IMG/VR virus record: IMGVR_UViG_3300024265_000033
Coordinates: 32,001-96,000 of that record
Length of the DNA stretch: 64,000 bases
DNA from: a virus
Reading direction: 5' to 3' (one strand)
A model generated the notes under the pieces. That model was not told where the DNA came from and searched no databases. It was given only the letters and a program-made list of their open reading frames with translations. Numbering within the stretch: the first letter of the stretch is position 1; every line of letters begins with the position of its first letter. This document shows, one piece after another, positions 17,278-27,493 of this stretch. A program made the position numbers and the translations under genes.

Positions 17278-18019
17278 ATTATGACTGGCTTGGGTTCTGG
17301 CCTTTTTTGGATTTGTTGCCATTTTCGTATTTGTGGAAGGAAACTATGATTTTCCCGTCGATGACCTGCTCCTTGATATATCCATCCTTGAGATATCGAA
17401 TTAGCCATGTTTCTGGCATGGGATCTAGGCCGTAGACATTCTCAACCGTGACGATTGATTTCTTCATTTCAACACTTTCCCCTCGCCCCTACAATGAGGA
17501 CAAGTTTCGCCTTTCTCTACATTTTCGAAGCTTTCAATCCACGCTGATATCTGGAGGCTGTGAGAATTGATCCCTTTCCCTTGACAAGGCCTGCACTGTC
17601 TCATGGCCGCTTGCTTTATGGTTTTGAGTCGTTTCTTTTTGGCGTCGAAGAATCGTATTTCCAGCGAGCCATTACCATCCTTGATCGGGATTATTCGGTG
17701 ATACTTGACCTTTTTGATATCTATTAGGTCCGCGAAGGCTGAGATGTCTATGTAGGTTTCTCCGGTCTTGGGATCTGTTTGGACGCTGATAGTTTTGCCC
17801 ATTAGAACCAACACTTCTTTAGGTGATATTTGATTATTGAGCTGATCTTGAAATATCGATTCGAAAAGGCCACAAATCCATCTTTCTCTCCCGAGCTTTG
17901 CCAGCATTCGTCGATCATTGAAAATGCTCTACCGATGGAGTCGTCTTTATCAGTAAATCGTATTTTGTGGACTGAGCCCGTGGTGAGTTCCAAGGTCACT
18001 TTGTATTTCTTTGGTTTGC

Positions 18020-18313
18020 TCATATATCGTCCCTTCGTGCTTCTTCACAATGGTCACACATTGCCCAATAGTTCTTTTCGCCGTCAATATCGGCTGCGTA
18101 GGGATCGAGTCTGACAGATACGTCTGGTTTTTCTCTTCCACAGCATCCACACTTCGTTTTCTTAGCCTCATTCCAAGCTGCTTTCATCACTGTCAAAGTC
18201 TCGGTAGAATATCTGTTCTCAAAGCCTGTGATCCAAGTCTTGAAATCGGAGTCAATATTCGGTGCTATCTCTGTGATCCAATTTCGAGTCCATTCTAGGT
18301 CTACTTTATTCAT
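18020..18313 (-). CDS. hypothetical Zn-binding phage protein
   Basis: CGCCG..DPYAADI..MCDHC motif. Confidence 0.6.
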   Translation of the reverse strand: MNKVDLEWTRNWITEIAPNIDSDFKTWITGFENRYSTETLTVMKAAWNEAKKTKCGCCGREKPDVSVRLDPYAADIDGEKNYWAMCDHCEEARRDDI

Positions 18314-18336
18314 GACTGATTCCCTGCTAAAAGCAT

Positions 18337-18369
18337 CGGGAGACTTCTCTCAATGAGAAAAGCCTCCCG
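18337..18369 (-). terminator. long hairpin, probable terminator after ParB-like gene
   Basis: CGGGAGGCTTTTCTC-ATT-GAGAGAAGTCTCCCG on the minus strand. Confidence 0.55.
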
Positions 18370-18387
18370 GTTGGTTGGACGTTATGA

Positions 18388-19347
18388 CTAGTTTTTACGC
18401 TTGAGCGCAGCGACTAACGTAGTTGCGTTAATCTTTTGAGCCTCTTGATTTCCAGTAGTAATATTAGTCACATAATGACTGATATTTGATGCGTTAAAGA
18501 TTACATTTTCCGCAACTCTGGCCAAAATCCTTGGGGTCACGAACTTTGGATTGTTACTCAAATAATCGGCCAAGAAGAATCCAAAAAATGTACCAGATCT
18601 TAGTACTTTCAGACTATCGTCAGGCAATTTCTTTTTTCCAGACTCTTTCATCGGTGCGAGCTTGTGAGCCAAGGCTTCTAATTCAGAAAACTTGACTAAA
18701 GCTACTCCGAGTTTCATTTTATTGCTATTTGACAAAGAGATCAAAGAGCCGGGACCTTGAATATCAGCATATCCTGACTCTGTTCGAGCCTTGAAAACTT
18801 GCTGATAATCAACAACTCCGCCATTTTCTAAAATGGTTACTATCGCATAAGCCATCTGTGTAACGAAACCGGCCTTGATATTTTCCCATTCATATTTTCT
18901 AGGTAATGAAGAAAACCCAATAATTTCCTTGATGAGTGATGCTATCGCATAATCTTCATTAGTCCATTTATTTCCTTTGGTATGTCCCTTCGCGGTACCA
19001 ATGTCTGCGTAAGCTTGCATTCCTTCACTCTTTTTGGGAAAATACTGCAAACACACCTTTTGCGCATAATCGAAAGTCGAAAGAGTGCCTTCGTTATGTT
19101 TCAACATAATTGCCCCAACTCTATGATGTCCATCCATTTGAATGTATGAGTTGCCAGAGCCATTAGAAGTCAAAGCAATAGTCCCTAAAGAACTCGGCCT
19201 AAAATCATCCGCGATACCGCGAACTCTTTTCCGGCTTATTCCTTGGAACCCTCTGTTATTTAGATAAGGGTTGAGTTTCCCAGATTCTACCAATGAAACA
19301 ACATCTTCGATTGGGACGATGTTAAATCCCTGTTTTAGTTCGTTCAT
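18388..19347 (-). CDS. ParB/Srx-superfamily (DGQHR/DndB-like) domain protein
   Basis: FQG..RVRGIADDF..LGTIAL..YIQMDGHHRVGAI. Confidence 0.7.
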   Translation of the reverse strand: MNELKQGFNIVPIEDVVSLVESGKLNPYLNNRGFQGISRKRVRGIADDFRPSSLGTIALTSNGSGNSYIQMDGHHRVGAIMLKHNEGTLSTFDYAQKVCLQYFPKKSEGMQAYADIGTAKGHTKGNKWTNEDYAIASLIKEIIGFSSLPRKYEWENIKAGFVTQMAYAIVTILENGGVVDYQQVFKARTESGYADIQGPGSLISLSNSNKMKLGVALVKFSELEALAHKLAPMKESGKKKLPDDSLKVLRSGTFFGFFLADYLSNNPKFVTPRILARVAENVIFNASNISHYVTNITTGNQEAQKINATTLVAALKRKN

Positions 19348-19359
19348 GTTTTCTCCTAC

Positions 19360-19444
19360 GAGGAGCCTTTTCCTTTTGACTTTATTGTCTGGAAGGGCTT
19401 CCTCTATTTAATTGAATATTACAACACTCTCTAAAAGAAGTCAA
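19360..19444 (-). promoter_or_regulatory. sigma70 promoter plus structured 5' UTR of ParB-like gene
   Basis: TTGACT-17-TAATAT; hairpin GAGG-AGCC-TTCC-GAC..GTC-GGAA-GGCT-CCTC ending just before SD AGGAG. Confidence 0.6.
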
Positions 19445-20202
19445 GTATTTTCTATCCTTTTTTTGGCTATTTCGAAAAAACCAGAATCCAGCTCCACGAT
19501 CACAGCTTTTCTACCTAAGTTCAAGGCGGCCACTCCTGTAGTACCAGAGCCGCCAAATGGGTCGAATATGACATCCCCGGGTTTGGTAGTCAGGTTTATT
19601 ACTTGCTCTGCCAGCTTTACGGGCTTTTGTGTAGGATGTCCGCACTTCTCTGCCTTTTTAAGGGAGAATACCCAATCCACTATCTCTGATATACGCTTTC
19701 TGTCAGCGAGTTCTTCTTTACCGGGCTTCCCTCGCATTACTTTAACAGGGTTGAATTCGGCTTTGCCTTTGGAAAAATAACTGATAGGTTCCCACTCGCG
19801 CTTCATAGTGGTTTTCAAACCCCCTCCGATGGCAAATCTCTTGTTCCAAGCCACAGTGCCTTTGTATTCGAACCCGCATTTTTGGATGAGATCTCCATAT
19901 TTGATTAAAAAGGGCATGTTGTGATGAAGGAACAAAAATGACCCGTCTTTCATGACGCGATGACACTCTTTCCAAAAAGACTCCCACTCAGTGCCTCCTT
20001 GATCGCCATCTATTGCTTTCTCGAATCTTGATTCACTCTCTCCGGTTTTATTCCACGTTTTGTCGCCCGGGATGTTAGACAAATAGTTCATCTCATAAGG
20101 TGGATCGGTGTAGATCAAATCTACGCTAGAGTCTTCCATAATTTTCATATGGTTTTCACTCAAATCGTTGAATAGCTTTATTCCCTTTTTTTCGAAATTC
20201 AT
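19441..20202 (-). CDS. DNA N6-adenine/N4-cytosine methyltransferase (beta class)
   Basis: SVDLIYTDPPY, HPTQKP and DPFGGSGTT motifs. Confidence 0.92.
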   Translation of the reverse strand: MNFEKKGIKLFNDLSENHMKIMEDSSVDLIYTDPPYEMNYLSNIPGDKTWNKTGESESRFEKAIDGDQGGTEWESFWKECHRVMKDGSFLFLHHNMPFLIKYGDLIQKCGFEYKGTVAWNKRFAIGGGLKTTMKREWEPISYFSKGKAEFNPVKVMRGKPGKEELADRKRISEIVDWVFSLKKAEKCGHPTQKPVKLAEQVINLTTKPGDVIFDPFGGSGTTGVAALNLGRKAVIVELDSGFFEIAKKRIENT

Positions 20203-20217
20203 TTCAATCCCTTTGGC

Positions 20218-20658
20218 TTATGCTAATTCTACTTCCTGCATTTTGACTTCTACTTCCCTTATTTCGACCTCAATCAACATCTCGTTTTTCTTTTTGACCT
20301 TCCGAGGCTTGAGGGTCTTCATGGTTATTTCTTTAATCAAATCAGTGTTGACTGCCCTTTTTTCGTCTATTCTAAATATTTTGCGATCTGAATTAAGACC
20401 TAACCACTCTTCAACATAGCCCATGCCATTTATAGTGTGATATTTACTTTTGCAATCGCCTACCATATTAGTGCCGTAGTTCCCATAATCGCGTACCGTC
20501 CCCTCGAATTTCGTGACGATAGGCTTCTTCCCGTTTTTGAACTTTATAGTTACTTCCGCATCCGCCACTTCAAATTCTTGCTCTATGTCCTTAAATATGT
20601 GGTGTTCGACTTTTCTAGTTTTAGGCTTCTCTTTCTTGCCAAATATCCAAAAGCTCAT
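20218..20658 (-). CDS. hypothetical protein
   Basis: 146 aa ORF in operon. Confidence 0.55.
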   Translation of the reverse strand: MSFWIFGKKEKPKTRKVEHHIFKDIEQEFEVADAEVTIKFKNGKKPIVTKFEGTVRDYGNYGTNMVGDCKSKYHTINGMGYVEEWLGLNSDRKIFRIDEKRAVNTDLIKEITMKTLKPRKVKKKNEMLIEVEIREVEVKMQEVELA

Positions 20659-20836
20659 TTCAATTCCTCATCTATAAATTCATGCGCTTTGAGTTCAGTA
20701 TCGAAATAGAGAGTCTCTTCTCTGCCTGCGCCTCCCGGCAAACCCATCCAACGCTTTTTGAGCGTGAACCAAATGAATAGATTCTGATATTCAATGATGA
20801 ACCGGGCATCTTTTGTCCTTGTCACTCTGTATTTAC

Positions 20837-21358
20837 TCATTTCAACCTCGTGATTATTTCCTTGGCCTTATTGAAATCAAGGCCGACTTTGCCATCCGTT
20901 TGAACCAAATGTTTCATCAAGTGGGCCATATCGCCATCGTCATCCACTATCACAAAATCGCTGATCTGTTCATTGACTTTGCCATGCTGTTTATGTTCTG
21001 TGAGCCACGATTGAATCTCAAGGCCGCGCACGTCACCTCTTTGAACGGGAGTCTTATCAATAATGGCTTGCGGTATGACTTCCGACCATTTGAATAAATC
21101 TTTTAGAGTATCGACTGTCTCTCCCTTACGCCAAGTGCTTGAAATAACTATTTTGAGATCTGGCACCTCTTCCATAATCATTTCTAAATTACTTGTGGCT
21201 ATCGGACAAAACTCTTGAGCTAGATATCCTTTGAGTGAGCCTTTCCATGCCACAAATAACTCATTCTCCCATTTGTCTTGATCGCGGCGGCGATGCCAAA
21301 ACGTCATTGATTGATGTGAGTTGAGTACGCCGTCGATGTCTAAAAATAATACTTTCAT
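20837..21358 (-). CDS. HAD-superfamily phosphatase (Swiss-army-knife RNA-repair HAD type)
   Basis: KVLFLDIDGVLN, IVISSTWR, RGLEI and FVIVDD motifs. Confidence 0.88.
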   Translation of the reverse strand: MKVLFLDIDGVLNSHQSMTFWHRRRDQDKWENELFVAWKGSLKGYLAQEFCPIATSNLEMIMEEVPDLKIVISSTWRKGETVDTLKDLFKWSEVIPQAIIDKTPVQRGDVRGLEIQSWLTEHKQHGKVNEQISDFVIVDDDGDMAHLMKHLVQTDGKVGLDFNKAKEIITRLK

Positions 21359-21414
21359 TTCAGCTCCTAACTAAATACTCTCATGTCCTGTCCGTTTTGT
21401 CAAGCTCTACTCCC

Positions 21415-21493
21415 TTACTCAATCTTGAGTAAAAAGCTTCATAATTACTCAAAGTTGAGTAACTTCTTGTAAAGCGTTGTAAAAAGTTGTAAA
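21415..21493. promoter_or_regulatory. paired 18-bp palindromic operators plus three TTGTAAA 10-bp-phased repeats
   Basis: TTACTCAAtcTTGAGTAA (21415-32) and TTACTCAAagTTGAGTAA (21445-62); upstream of a minus-strand TTGACA at 21398-21403. Confidence 0.7.
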
Positions 21494-21509
21494 ACCAATA
21501 ATTGGCAAA

Positions 21510-21833
21510 TTACTTAGATTTTTGCCGTTTATTGGTTTTTTCTAGCTCCTTCTTACGAGCCGTGGCGTAGGCTCTAGCTATCCTTTGGCACTCTTCAAAC
21601 TTATCGTGTTTGCCCTCAACCACAACCTCAGTCTTCCCATCGTGTCCGTGCAGTTCCTTTACAGTAGTGACCTTATCGAATACCGTGACGGTGGGATGCT
21701 TTGAGAGCCACGTCATAGCGCACATGCCGGAGTCGTATATAGTGCCTTCTGCTACAACGCCTGTGCCTGAATTGTTGTGGACATCTTCATGTCGCAGTAG
21801 ATAAAATGACTTCATATGACCTCCCCGGAACAT
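21510..21833 (-). CDS. conserved phage hypothetical protein
   Basis: FYLLRHEDV..SGTGVVAEG..W..HGHDG motif typical of a widespread phage family. Confidence 0.7.
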   Translation of the reverse strand: MFRGGHMKSFYLLRHEDVHNNSGTGVVAEGTIYDSGMCAMTWLSKHPTVTVFDKVTTVKELHGHDGKTEVVVEGKHDKFEECQRIARAYATARKKELEKTNKRQKSK

Positions 21834-21843
21834 AATCAGATTG

Positions 21844-22419
21844 TTATCGTGTCATCAAATTAGAAAACGCACGTCTAATAGTGCGCCAAAATCCAGTGGT
21901 TTCGCCACTGTTAAATTTTTCTAGCTTGTTGGCTAGTTCTTCTTGCTTTCGGAAGTGAAACGTCACATTCTTTTCAAGGGTTCTGATGTACTCACTGACT
22001 TCTTGGACTTTTTCATCAGGCCTCTTATAAAATACCTTGCCTGCTAATACAGTCATTGTGCCGGGTTTCAAATCTCTTGTAGCCTTCACAAACTGCACCT
22101 TATCCACTCCATTGTCTCGGCACCATGCGTCAAAGAGCCTGTGATGCTGAGTCTCAAATACATCGTTGATCTCGTCCATTGCGGAGTTGGCAACATCCAA
22201 CACTGCTTTTTGTTTATCGGATAACCCGGCTCGGAATTTTGCATTGTGAGCTGCGGCGTGGGCGTGGGGATTCATATTGCCTGCTACAGGCGTAATCTCA
22301 AACTCTCCCGGGGGCTTGATGCTCAGCTCTACCATTTCCTCTGCAGTAGTTTTCTTCGCGGCCTTGCCCTTAGCCTTTTTCTTAATAGTTTTGCTTTTCT
22401 TAGTTACTCGTACAGGCAT
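21844..22419 (-). CDS. hypothetical protein
   Basis: 191 aa ORF with SD GGAG. Confidence 0.6.
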   Translation of the reverse strand: MPVRVTKKSKTIKKKAKGKAAKKTTAEEMVELSIKPPGEFEITPVAGNMNPHAHAAAHNAKFRAGLSDKQKAVLDVANSAMDEINDVFETQHHRLFDAWCRDNGVDKVQFVKATRDLKPGTMTVLAGKVFYKRPDEKVQEVSEYIRTLEKNVTFHFRKQEELANKLEKFNSGETTGFWRTIRRAFSNLMTR

Positions 22420-22696
22420 AATTCTCTCCTATGCTACTTCTACTTCAAGTTCTTCGATCATTCTAAGATCTTCAGCGTCAAGCTCTTCATATCTATCGTT
22501 GATACGACGAAGCTCATCAAGCGTGAATTGTCTATCACACGCATCTTGCATATAAAGATCCACATCTTTATCGTCATGAAATATTGATTTTTCGCAGTCC
22601 GGACATCGAACATTATAAATGCTGTCATCCAGTACCAAACTATCTTCTTCTTCTATCATTATCTTGTGTGCCATCTTACTTACCTCCATTGGGATC

Positions 22697-22725
22697 AGTA
22701 TCTCAAACCCGGTGCAAATAGTCAA
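22697..22725 (-). promoter_or_regulatory. sigma70-type promoter
   Basis: TTGACT-17-GATACT with the same TTTGAGATACT extended -10 as the tRNA-like RNA promoters. Confidence 0.65.
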
Positions 22726-23834
22726 GTTAAAATGTTGCCTGTAGGCCTAATTTGTTTCTTAATATATTCATGCACTTGACTCATATTCCTATCGAGCCTT
22801 ACAAAAGCGGCTGCAGGATGCTTTAATTTGAGAGTCTTATTTTTGATGCCCAGTCCTATCTCTCGTTTTATGTGAGACTCCTCAGATACCTCTAAATCGA
22901 GTACCAAACGATAATCCGCATCTATTTCACACCACAATGCAATGTGGCGGCTCTCAAGCGTCGCGGCCATGTCATCGAACTGTTTGCGAAATTCTTCCGG
23001 GATCTCTTGTAATGTGTCTTGACTGACTTTGCCTCTTTCCATAGTCTCCCACAGAGCCAAGGGAGAGGCTCCTGAAAGGATGCGAGCTATTCTAAGATAG
23101 GCTTTACTCTTGATCTTTACGCGCTCCCCATTATTAAAGAGCACGACAAAGCCCTCTTCATCAGCCCCCATAGTTTGTTGTTTGGCTATCATCTCTTCAA
23201 TTGAGATATCGAGCTTCTTTACCAACTCAAGACCTGTGAGTTCTGCAGCCAGCATCAATTGTGGCCAAGCATATTCTATCCCAGTCGAGGTGTCGTACAT
23301 TGCGAGCAGGACAAGCTTTCGCTCCGTTCCATAATCTAAAATGATTCTATTCTCTGGATAAATGATCTCAACCAAGTATGTGGCTTCCTTGACAAATTTA
23401 TCAGTATTATATAAAGCCAGCATGCCATGAGCCTCTAGGGCTTGATCTGATGAGAAACTACCTCTGGTATTGACGCGCCACATGTCATTGTGATAATAGA
23501 CAATGCCTAAAGAGCCGTCCGCTTTGTCGCACACTCGATATTGCGACTTATCTTTTTTGATAAGGTTCCGCCACTTGGATGCTGCGAGTTCTTCCCAATT
23601 GAAGAACTTAGGGAATGCCTTAGCTACAACTCGGCCTGTGTTTTTGTCGTACACCGTGCCCCTTGCGTTCTTCGTGTACTTATTCCATTTCTTTTCATAA
23701 GTGCAATGGTCTGTATAATTGTATAGCACTAGGTCGCCGTCTTCTACCTTTCGCAAAAAGCCATCGGCTGCCAATTCATCAAGCCTTTTAATATGATCCA
23801 TTGATAACCCCCAAATGAATTCGTGCAAGGACAT
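22722..23834 (-). CDS. rnl1: RNA ligase 1 (T4 Rnl1 family)
   Basis: ARG..AFPKFFN, motif I KADGS, TRGSF, EII.PENRI and EGFVV..RVKIKS motifs. Confidence 0.92.
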   Translation of the reverse strand: MSLHEFIWGLSMDHIKRLDELAADGFLRKVEDGDLVLYNYTDHCTYEKKWNKYTKNARGTVYDKNTGRVVAKAFPKFFNWEELAASKWRNLIKKDKSQYRVCDKADGSLGIVYYHNDMWRVNTRGSFSSDQALEAHGMLALYNTDKFVKEATYLVEIIYPENRIILDYGTERKLVLLAMYDTSTGIEYAWPQLMLAAELTGLELVKKLDISIEEMIAKQQTMGADEEGFVVLFNNGERVKIKSKAYLRIARILSGASPLALWETMERGKVSQDTLQEIPEEFRKQFDDMAATLESRHIALWCEIDADYRLVLDLEVSEESHIKREIGLGIKNKTLKLKHPAAAFVRLDRNMSQVHEYIKKQIRPTGNILT

Positions 23835-24792
23835 CGTCCAATTTGTGTCGATTGAGCTTGGCGGGCAAACTACTGGAGAGCCGTGCCCGTTCTAAATCTA
23901 TCAAATTACTCTCTATGAGAACTGCTACCTCTTTGTAATCAATCAATCCTTGTTTGATATCGGTGACTAATTTCCTATCGGATTCTTTGAGAGGTAGCGT
24001 GATGTGATTAGTCTCCAAAAGCTCTACTCCCTGAATACTGACTCTTACTGCGTGACTCAAAGCTTTCCAATCAATGCCATTGTTGTTTTTGGCCTCTCTC
24101 GCTCTGTGTCCATAATTCTTGTAGATCTTCTTTAGAATCTCCAACACATAAATGAAGTTGCAGTGGTAGTCGAACTTTTTACCTAGGATATCCATGGCAG
24201 GGGTCAAAGGACCTCCCATCCCTTTGGTAGTATCCAGTTGTATAAAATGGATGTGATCGAAATCCTTTAATGCTTCTTGGATCTCATACCAAGCGTGTTT
24301 GAGTTTGGCTCCTTGAAAATCAAATCCTTTTTGAACTTCTTTGAGAACCGTAATACATTTGGATAGTTCTCCCATCCGAGAGCCTTTGATGCCGTATTTG
24401 TTTGCTTGCTGTCGGGCGTACCCAACCATAGCACTCACTTGACTGCTTAGAAAGAAACCTCTATCCCCACGCAGCTCTTTCCAAAGACGGCTCTGCTCTA
24501 GTATGAATTCCTCGGGAGTGAAGAGTAGCTCAAGTGCTGCAGTGTCTCCTTTCTCAAGCATCTTTAAGAACTTCTTGAAGCTGTAGAATTCCACATCAAC
24601 GTCGTCCTTTGAATTCTTGAGATTGTCATCCCCTGTGGAAGATCGTCGCGTGTCCTTGTAATTGCCTATTAGAATTTCTCTAGCCTCGGGTAGATATACG
24701 CCCTTGAAATCCTTATCGGACGTCGGAGTGTTGGTACCAAACAAATGTGAGCCTGCTACTGCTTTGACTAATATTTTCATGATAACTCCCAT
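23788..24792 (-). CDS. pol-beta-superfamily nucleotidyltransferase (RlaP/NrdC.11-like)
   Basis: GSHLFGTNTPTSDKDFKGVY, ALELLF and DWKALSHAVR motifs. Confidence 0.85.
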   Translation of the reverse strand: MGVIMKILVKAVAGSHLFGTNTPTSDKDFKGVYLPEAREILIGNYKDTRRSSTGDDNLKNSKDDVDVEFYSFKKFLKMLEKGDTAALELLFTPEEFILEQSRLWKELRGDRGFFLSSQVSAMVGYARQQANKYGIKGSRMGELSKCITVLKEVQKGFDFQGAKLKHAWYEIQEALKDFDHIHFIQLDTTKGMGGPLTPAMDILGKKFDYHCNFIYVLEILKKIYKNYGHRAREAKNNNGIDWKALSHAVRVSIQGVELLETNHITLPLKESDRKLVTDIKQGLIDYKEVAVLIESNLIDLERARLSSSLPAKLNRHKLDDVLARIHLGVINGSY

Positions 24793-25784
24793 ACGATTTC
24801 GTCGAACTCGTCGTACAGTGGTGGATAAAAGCTTTTAATCATAAACTCGAATACGTCCGGGGTAAGCACCTTACCAGTCCTCTCGGCGTTACGCTGATGG
24901 ATGACTGACATTGGAGGCAACAATACTACTGCCTTCTTGTGCCAACTCTTATCTAATTGACTGAGTATTCGCCTACGACTCTTCTTACTCATGTGAGTCA
25001 TGTCAGCTACAAAGTTCTTATGGGCCTTAACCAATTCTGTTTTTCTTATTTGCTCTAACCTAGTCACAGCCTTTTGATCCACACTTGCCCACTTTTGAGT
25101 GTATGTGTCGCCTGTGCCCAGCTCTTCTACAAATGAATCGCGTGATAGTACCGCGTGGTCTGGAAGGTTTTGCTTTATGTATGTAGATTTGCCGCTACAA
25201 GGCAGGCCAATCATGACTACGGCTTCTCTAACCTTAGACACATCGAATATTCTATTGGGAGGGGCTGGAAATATAGGCACTACTTCTTCGTGCGAAAAGA
25301 ATCGGCCCTCTCTGTCTGCGGTGGATAATGCTATCAGTTTGTCATACAACTCAGGATTCGCTACCATTCGCTCAGATAACTGTTTAGGAGTGAGTTTGAA
25401 GGGCTCCGTGTGCATAGCAATCATTTGAAATATAAGTCTACTCTCGTAAGGAGGTACATCAAGATCCTTCAAGATATCTAGAGCCATGAATGCAGACACC
25501 GCTTCGTGACTGAAAAACCTTACTCGCTTCGTCTTCTCAACCGCCTCTCTACACAGAGGCTTTCCAATATCATGCAGCAAGGCTGCTAGCTGCACACACT
25601 CGTCGTATTGTTCGGCCATTTTACATACCATCATTGTATGAGTCCACACATCGCCCTCTAAATGATAGGGATTGAGACTGAAGTCGCCCTCGGGATAATC
25701 GAAATGATGATCGCTCTCTTGCATGTGGGACACATTCTCTGGGTAGTTCTCTTGGAACCATACTACAAGCTTATTCATTGTCAT
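24777..25784 (-). CDS. HD phosphohydrolase fused to P-loop polynucleotide kinase
   Basis: HLEGDVWTHT..LLHDIGK..ADREGR (HD domain as in CCA/PNK enzymes) plus GLPCSGKST..SRD..DMT. Confidence 0.88.
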   Translation of the reverse strand: MTMNKLVVWFQENYPENVSHMQESDHHFDYPEGDFSLNPYHLEGDVWTHTMMVCKMAEQYDECVQLAALLHDIGKPLCREAVEKTKRVRFFSHEAVSAFMALDILKDLDVPPYESRLIFQMIAMHTEPFKLTPKQLSERMVANPELYDKLIALSTADREGRFFSHEEVVPIFPAPPNRIFDVSKVREAVVMIGLPCSGKSTYIKQNLPDHAVLSRDSFVEELGTGDTYTQKWASVDQKAVTRLEQIRKTELVKAHKNFVADMTHMSKKSRRRILSQLDKSWHKKAVVLLPPMSVIHQRNAERTGKVLTPDVFEFMIKSFYPPLYDEFDEIVWELS

Positions 25785-26914
25785 CAGGAACTCCGCATAT
25801 TGCCCAATAAGAATGGGTAGTTCTCTTGCTGATCCATTTCAAGCAAGGGTTTTCTGGCGCATATCGTGTGCCGCATACATATTTACATCTCTTCAGAATT
25901 CTGAGATCCTTCTCAGTTCCCCAAAGCTCTGAAGAGACGTTATTAATTACTGTTTGTGGGCAGGTTATACCCAGTACAAGGTATAAACTGGCTATGAAAG
26001 GTGATGTCAAGAATATTCCTCCTCCGAAATTAGAGATTTGCCGCTCTCGGCACACCTATCGAAATATTTCACATATTTGTGTATTTTGTCCGCTTGGTCT
26101 TGGGCCTTAGTCAAAATCTCTTTAATCTCAGGATCGTCGGTTTTTCTGGCCGCTGAGTTGAGTTTTGCCATCAATATAGCTAAGCGATTGTTAAGATTGT
26201 GTCCTAAATGTGACGCTATCTTTTCTGTTACCTTAGTGTTTTCTTCATTCCATTTGTAAGCGTTATCTTTTTTCATGATAACCTCCCTTTCTTTCCTAAA
26301 GAATACCAATAGACTCGGGTATTGTCAAGCCTTTTTGGATGGAATAATCTTTAGTATTGCTGATTAAAATAAGAAATCCCTGAGGCAAATCCGTGCCCGG
26401 GGCAGCGTTGCCTCTAAAATCAAAATAAGTCCATCTGGCGGCTGCTTCTGCGTCCTCAACTGATTTGTGGGTGCTCAGGTATGCAGATTTATAAAATAAT
26501 TTTATGGTCATGTGTCCTCCTAATCCCATGGGTCTTTTAAGCTTTCACACCATTCAGAGTGTCCATCGGAACCCTTCATGAATGTGTGCTTCAAGCCACA
26601 ATCACAGTCCCGCTTAGTGCCCTCTCTAGGCCCTATGTACTCTAATTGATCCTCTGTTACATTTTGGTGATGCCCCTTCCATTCCCACTCTGGGATGGGA
26701 GTGTATAAAATGTCCCAGTGGTCCTTCTCCCAGTTGGCTGCCTGTGCTTGCCAAGGGATTCCCCGATACATCACTATACTGCCGAACTCTTCGTGAGGTC
26801 TGGAGTTCTCGTCAACCGAAGGCATCCACTCTTCTTCCTTAAACTCTCGGTCGCCGCTCTTGAAGTTCCGGTGTACGTTATTTGAAATATTCAAATTTAT
26901 ATCAATATAGTCCA

Positions 26915-27493
26915 TCACTTATTCCAAATCAGAGCAAGATCGTATCCATCATTGAATTCGATTATCTGCTCGGGTTTACAAATCTTACGCCATTCGTCTG
27001 GAGTCATTAGACGTTCATCTCCAAAACTAGGCTCTTCATATTTTGCTGAGGGTACATAATGAAGCAAGGTCTTCGTGTGGGTTCTTTGAAGCGCAATAAT
27101 ATTGCGTATTGCTTCGTCTGGAAAATGCTCCAGTACCCCATGAGAGTGTATTAGACCTATATCATAGACATCGCTAGGAAAGGGCTGTGAAATATCATGC
27201 TCGTGTATATTAAAATCAGGACCCGCCTCATTCATATTCCTATAAGCCAGATCTAACATATCATGCTCTACATCGAGTAGCAGATAAAAGTTATCCCCCC
27301 CGAACCGCTCTGCCAAGATACGACTGACATTGGCCGCCCCGCATCCAAACTCCGCTATTGTGGAGCCCTTCATCTGAGCCGCGTAGTCTGCGATCAGTGT
27401 GAGAAATGGGTTGTACTTAGTGGCTACATGAGTCCTATATCGATCATTCATGCGGTCAACATAGTGCTCAAACCAAGTCTTTGTCATAGACAT
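26915..27493 (-). CDS. class I SAM-dependent methyltransferase
   Basis: IAEFGCGAA, LLDV and SHGVLEHF motifs. Confidence 0.85.
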   Translation of the reverse strand: MSMTKTWFEHYVDRMNDRYRTHVATKYNPFLTLIADYAAQMKGSTIAEFGCGAANVSRILAERFGGDNFYLLLDVEHDMLDLAYRNMNEAGPDFNIHEHDISQPFPSDVYDIGLIHSHGVLEHFPDEAIRNIIALQRTHTKTLLHYVPSAKYEEPSFGDERLMTPDEWRKICKPEQIIEFNDGYDLALIWNK

